Assembly (NCBI GenBank): GCA_028534125.1
Contig: CM052834.1
Coordinates: forward strand, 744,001-808,000
From: Lama glama
Taxonomy: Eukaryota
DNA length: 64,000 nucleotides
Direction of reading: 5' to 3'
The notes under the pieces were generated by a model, which had not been told where the DNA came from, searched no databases, and worked only from the letters and a program-made list of their open reading frames with translations. Positions 59,323 to 64,000 of this stretch are shown here, piece by piece; position 1 is the first letter of the stretch; every line of letters starts with the position of its first letter. The translations under genes and the position numbers were made by a program.

Positions 59323-62300
59323 CGCTATGTCTCCAAGTCCGCGTGTAACAGGCCGCGAGCTCGCCGCCTCCCCCCCAGCGGCCCCCACCGCTGCTCCGGC
59401 CCCGAGCCGCTCAGACGGGCGGCAGAGGGCCGCGGGGAGGGGCCAGGCGGGACGCTGCTGTCCAGAGGCCAGGAGCAAGCCGCACCGGTGGGCCGCCTCG
59501 CAGAGCCTGAGGGCACCTCCTTCCCTCTGGGAGGTGCCTGGTCCAGCGCCAACCTCCACTGCACGTGGAAGCAGGGGCCACCCTAAGCCGTCGGAATTTG
59601 CCAGAATTTGCCCAGCCCCTTGGCTCTGGGAGAACCGTCTCCCTCGGACCACTTTCCTCTTGGAAAACATCACCGAGGCCCAAGCCCCAGAGGCATCTGT
59701 GGGAGCAGGAGCCCCGATCGAGCAGCGTGTGTGGCTCATGGCTCCTTTCACGACTGATACTGGCAGGGCCGTCGTGGGCCTGGCTCCAAGAAGGAAGGTA
59801 CCCTAACACTGAAAATCGTGGGGAAATCGTAAACATCCCCAAGGGGCAGGCGAGGGTCTTCCCGGCTGGTTCTGGCACCGCAGGGGAACGCCTGGGTCCG
59901 CCCGTCTCCCCCGCCAGCCTCGACTCCCCACGAAGGCAGCGATCCCGCTAACTCACCCCATAACCTCAGCGTCCACACCACCCCAGACACACCGTCTGCA
60001 CATGGCAGAGGGCATGTCCTGGGCGAACGGAGAGACGTCAGCAGTAGCAGCCTCTGACCAGGACAAAACCTCGCTCTCTCCAGATTCTAAGCTCTGCACC
60101 CCGAGAGCCAAGCCCTATCCCTGCCCAGGCCTCTGTGCTCAAGAAGTGGTTTATCAGTTGTACCGGGGCATCATGCCTTGAGCAGATCAGATCAATTAAA
60201 ACCCAGAACTTCGTGGGCAATAATTTCCCTGACGAGCAATCGTAACAGGGTTTTGTCGAATGTAGACCTGCCCGATTTCTTCCGAGTCTGACATGTTTAA
60301 TTCAGATAGTGCGTGGTCCTCGGAATCTGTGCTTTGCATGAAGCTGCAGCAGCCTGGCTCCTGGCTTCCCTCCTCACGGCCACGCTCACCCTGGAGATCT
60401 CCCCTGACCACGGCTAACGTGTGCTCAGCACACGCAAACAGCGGCGAATCTTCCTGTCAGCGCAAGAAGTCCGTTCTCGAGAAACGAGAGCGCGTATCTT
60501 GCTCACCATCACCCCGTACAAAGAAGAAACCCATCTCCTGGTTCTTCGGCTGTCCTGGATTATCCAGCCACTAATCCAAATGCCGGCTCCCCTGGTCCCC
60601 GAGCTCGTGCAAATAAGCAGCAGTAGCAGAGAGAAGATAAGCAGACTGGGGTGGGGGTGAGCGAGCCGGGCTGATGGTCCCCCGAATCCCAGCCTCCGAG
60701 CAAGACCAAAGCCCCGTGAACCCATGTACGCTCCCGAGAGGAGAGCGGCCGGGGTCCTGCTGAGCCAGAGACGCGCACCACTGCGGTGTTGCGACACAGG
60801 TTCATGTTTTACAGAAATACAGCAACAAGAGCCTTCTTTCAGCTCAAGCCTGCTTTTAGCATCATCTCTAGAGAAGTTCAAGGTCACGGACGCAAAGTCA
60901 GACCCCCCAGATCACTGGAGGGGACGTGTGTTGGCAGCATGGACCGTTCCCGGGACCAGGACACCCAAACCAAGCCAGGGCTGCTGTTGTCAGCGGACTC
61001 TACCAGCGCCAGGAAGTGGGGTGGCACCCCAGGAACTACAGAACCCCGGATTACATGGGCCCCGAGCTCCCGATTCAGGAAGACCCACCTGATTACCAGT
61101 CTTCGCGTGGGAGCCACGTGCCCACCCAACCTGGACCGCGGGGTCTCCAGCAGGGCCCTTGACTGCAAACCAAAGGGGAAAGTCAGTCCTGACACTGCCT
61201 GCAAGCAGGGCTCTTCTGAAAGCATCATGTTCCTTCCTGCTAAATAAGCCCCAGGGGACAGCCCCAGCCATCACCGCACAGCCGTCCTGCTCCATCCACT
61301 CCAGCCTGGCCTCCCTGCGTCTGTGTGCCTTCTTCCCTCCCTGCGCTGCAGTCCCGCTCCAGCCGCAGACGCCAGCAGAAGGAATTACTTCGGCGGGATG
61401 ATGCTGCCGGCTTCAACCGGCCCGGGAGAGGCTCGGGTCCCCAGCAGCAGGTCAAGACGTGCGTGTGGATGACTGAGTGACTTCCTGCTTTGTCTTCTGA
61501 CACCTCTTCACCTCAGGGGGACGATTCCTCACTCAGACACCTGGGCCCACTTTCTGGAGATGCCACCAGCCCAGTGGTCATCACATCTGCCTCGTCACAG
61601 ACCCCGAGGGCACACACCAGCACCAAACACCCAGATCCGCCCCGTGGGAACTGGGTTGAAATCCACCTGTGCCCCTGAGTCACCCAACCCTCGAGCAGGT
61701 TCCCAGGCATCAGGATGGAGGCACTGTGACCAAGCAGGGGCTTCTGCATGGGAAAGGAAAGGAGGCTCCTGCGGGCCTTGAAGGGGGTGCATAAATGGCC
61801 GTCAGCACCACCGTCACCACCCCCGGATACCCTGCTGCCTGTCACCACTCCACCTGGCCTCATCCTCAACTCCCAACCTCGCAGAGTTCACGTCCCCATC
61901 CCGGCCCTGGTGACATCGATCCCTCACCGCTACCCAACCGAAGCTGCGGAAACACAGGCCGCTCTGCACTGGCCCCCAGATGTTCTGCTGCAGAAGCAAG
62001 AGATAAAAATAAAGTCACACCAAGCAGAAGATGAGATGCCTCTCCCGCCCTGCCCGCCTTCCTGCAACAGATCAACTTGTTTTCTTACTTTGCATTTGCC
62101 ATTTTTAGAAGGGGGTTGAAAGTAAAATCCAAGACTCCACTGGAGAGAAGGCGAGCCCAGCAGCCTCCCTGCCGCCTCCCGGGCACGCGGCACACACCAC
62201 GCTCGCAGCACCTGGCGCACGCTGCGGGGCCCCCGGCACGTGAAGGGCCGGCTCGCAAACCTTCCGACTTCGGTTGCAAATCGGACTGGGGGACTGGAGG

Positions 62301-62635
62301 GGTCTTGGCTCCTGAAAGAGCAAGGCAGTTGCCATTTTAAGGAAATGCATGAGAGTCTTTCAGGAGACCTCTGCCTGAAACGCAGGAAAATCTGGCTGCC
62401 TCGGCCCCATGAGACCCTCTCAGATTCCAAATGTCCTTCCCCAGGTGGTTTCCAGAGATGAGCTTTCTGAAGCTCAAGACAGTTATTTTAAACTCCAGTT
62501 CCTTAAATTGTATTTCTAAGATATAATTAGGGATTCCTCACTCTTGGCCAGACAACTGCTAATAAGGCCCTGTGTACGCGGTGGTGCGAGCCAGTGAAAC
62601 CCGCCAAACACCCACAGCGGCCCCGAGGCACGCCT

Positions 62636-62716
62636 GCCTCTCTCTCCATCTCTGTGTCTCTCTGCCTCTGTGTCTTTCTGTCTCTCGCTCCCCATCTCTG
62701 TCTCAGCCTGTCTCTC
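62636..62716. repeat. Degenerate (TC)n/(TCTG)n pyrimidine tract
   Basis: ctctctctccatctctgtgtctctctgcctctgtgtctttctgtctctc... Confidence 0.85.
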
Positions 62717-63365
62717 ACACCCGTGCACACACACACGGAGCACCATTTGTCTCGAAGTGCATCACACTTCGGCTCATGATGGCCTCCTAGCGAGTTTCTT
62801 CTTGTTACAACCACCAGACAGACCTCCGACACACACAGTGATGCTTACAGATTTTTCTAAAGGTGTTTGATTACTGTTCTTATGAAAGCAACTCCAGTAA
62901 TAACACACGTCCTGCAAAACCAAGACCATGGTGGGGCCCAGGGTAACGTTGAGACTCGCCCCCAGTAAGGACAGACACCCAGCCAGGAGAGCCCCATGTC
63001 TGCTCGGCACGGATCGCCCAGTCACCAGATGCGGGAGGTCCGGGGACCAGGGCACCTGGAATAGAGTCTCCAGGAAGCTCAAGTGTGTGGAAAGGCACCG
63101 GTGCTTGGCGGTTTCCATGTCGGATACCAAGCCCTCAGTCAGACCTCAGGTTAAGCCCGGAAGAACCGCCTCAGAGACAAACAGCATTTGTTATGGGCAA
63201 GACGCCTTTGCTGGGGAGGGTGGGCGTGGATGACTGTGCCTCTGGCTTCGCTGGGTTAGCTCAGCCTCCCAGGCGTCCCGGCGTGGGCCGAGCGTCAGCT
63301 GCTGGGACGGGAAGTGCAACCGATGATTAAACATGAAGACACGGCTCTGCTGGACGGTGAACAGC

Positions 63366-63382
63366 CACTGCCCCCTGGCAGT
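63366..63382 (-). promoter_or_regulatory. Candidate CTCF motif inside a short palindrome
   Basis: Minus strand CTGCCAGGGGGCAGTG. The plus strand reads cactgcc-ccct-ggcagtg. Confidence 0.35.
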
Positions 63383-63589
63383 GCCCTTCCTCAGGCCCCC
63401 AGATCCTCCCTCAAATTCAGACAGACGGTCTCGGCTCATGAGACGGGCAGCCCTGGCCAAGGGCCTCCTTGTGAGCGTCTCAGCTCACACAGCCATCCTC
63501 GCCAAGCGGGGCGGCCCCGGGTCCACACAGCCCCCACTCCACTCCCCCCTCTACTCCCCACTCAGCACCTGGTTACTCTCGGGCCTGAA

Positions 63590-63735
63590 CTGCGCTGTGT
63601 GCACGACGTGTCCACGTGCGTGTCTGTCATTCCTCTGAGACTGGAAGCCTCTGACGTCTCACGCTTGGCTCATCGCTTTACACGTAACACGTGCCTGGGC
63701 ACCGCACGTATTTCAGGAACGTCTGCGGCTAGAGA
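63590..63735 (+). mobile_element. L2 3' end fragment
   Basis: tgtctgtcattcctctgagactggaagcctctga...aacacgtgcctgggcaccgcacgtatttcaggaacgtctg follows the L2 terminus. A second probable L2 piece lies at about 63870-64000. Confidence 0.55.
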
Positions 63736-64000
63736 CGTCTAAAACCCGAAGCTCTAACAGCCTCCGAGAGGACTCCCACCCTCCCCAAGCCCCGCGGGGC
63801 CCGGCCCCCTCTGTGAAACTGTTCTGGGCTCACCTCCCCCGGGGTTTCTGCTCCTCCTAACCTCCAGGGACGCACTGCGCCTCCGACACCTCATCGGACT
63901 GGTTCTGTCTTGTGAACATCCGAGTCTCGCCGTGTGTCCCCTCACCCCGCCAGACGGGACGGTCCCTGAAGGCCAGGACCTCGGGGAAACGCACACATCA

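Noticed and set aside
60040-60890. Moderate-GC segment with several short ORFs as a coding exon
   Set aside because: No frame gives a recognisable protein and the splice signals do not pair consistently.
1-64000. Known miRNA, tRNA, snRNA or rRNA genes, and a host-gene assignment
   Set aside because: I recognised no mature sequences or structural motifs by eye, and naming a host gene would be a guess. An Rfam/miRBase scan and a synteny search are needed.

Overview
This is eukaryotic, mammalian non-coding DNA, either intergenic or deep-intronic. It is very GC- and CpG-rich, resembles subtelomeric sequence, and has two assembly gaps (500 N and 200 N). I cannot support any protein-coding gene, structural RNA gene or CRISPR array. 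The ORF track is what stop-poor GC-rich DNA produces by chance (Pro/Gly/Arg/Ala-rich, overlapping in all frames). What is recognisable is a eutherian repeat landscape: MIR, L2, old L1M, MaLR LTRs (MLT1A/B/J-like), hAT and TcMar fossils (MER5, MER20, MER104-like), a cetartiodactyl-type L1 3' end, and micro/minisatellites. I saw no Alu, rodent, ruminant, pig or carnivore SINEs, so a camelid-like artiodactyl is my inference. The clearest large-scale signal is that the repeat fossils are shifted A/T->G/C with CpG gain, which suggests GC-biased gene conversion. Short non-repeat AT-rich islands carry transcription-factor motif clusters and are candidate enhancers. Leads worth checking are two RFX X-box+CCAAT modules, a divergent promoter-like CpG element near 13.3 kb, a 10-bp minisatellite with in-phase p53-like cores and RBFOX motifs, a RUNX-motif minisatellite, minus-strand cryptic exon candidates, and an L1 nested in a MER5A1. 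Repeat-family calls are by-eye comparisons to consensus sequences recalled from memory and need RepeatMasker/Dfam confirmation. The sequence alone does not demonstrate a new biological system.
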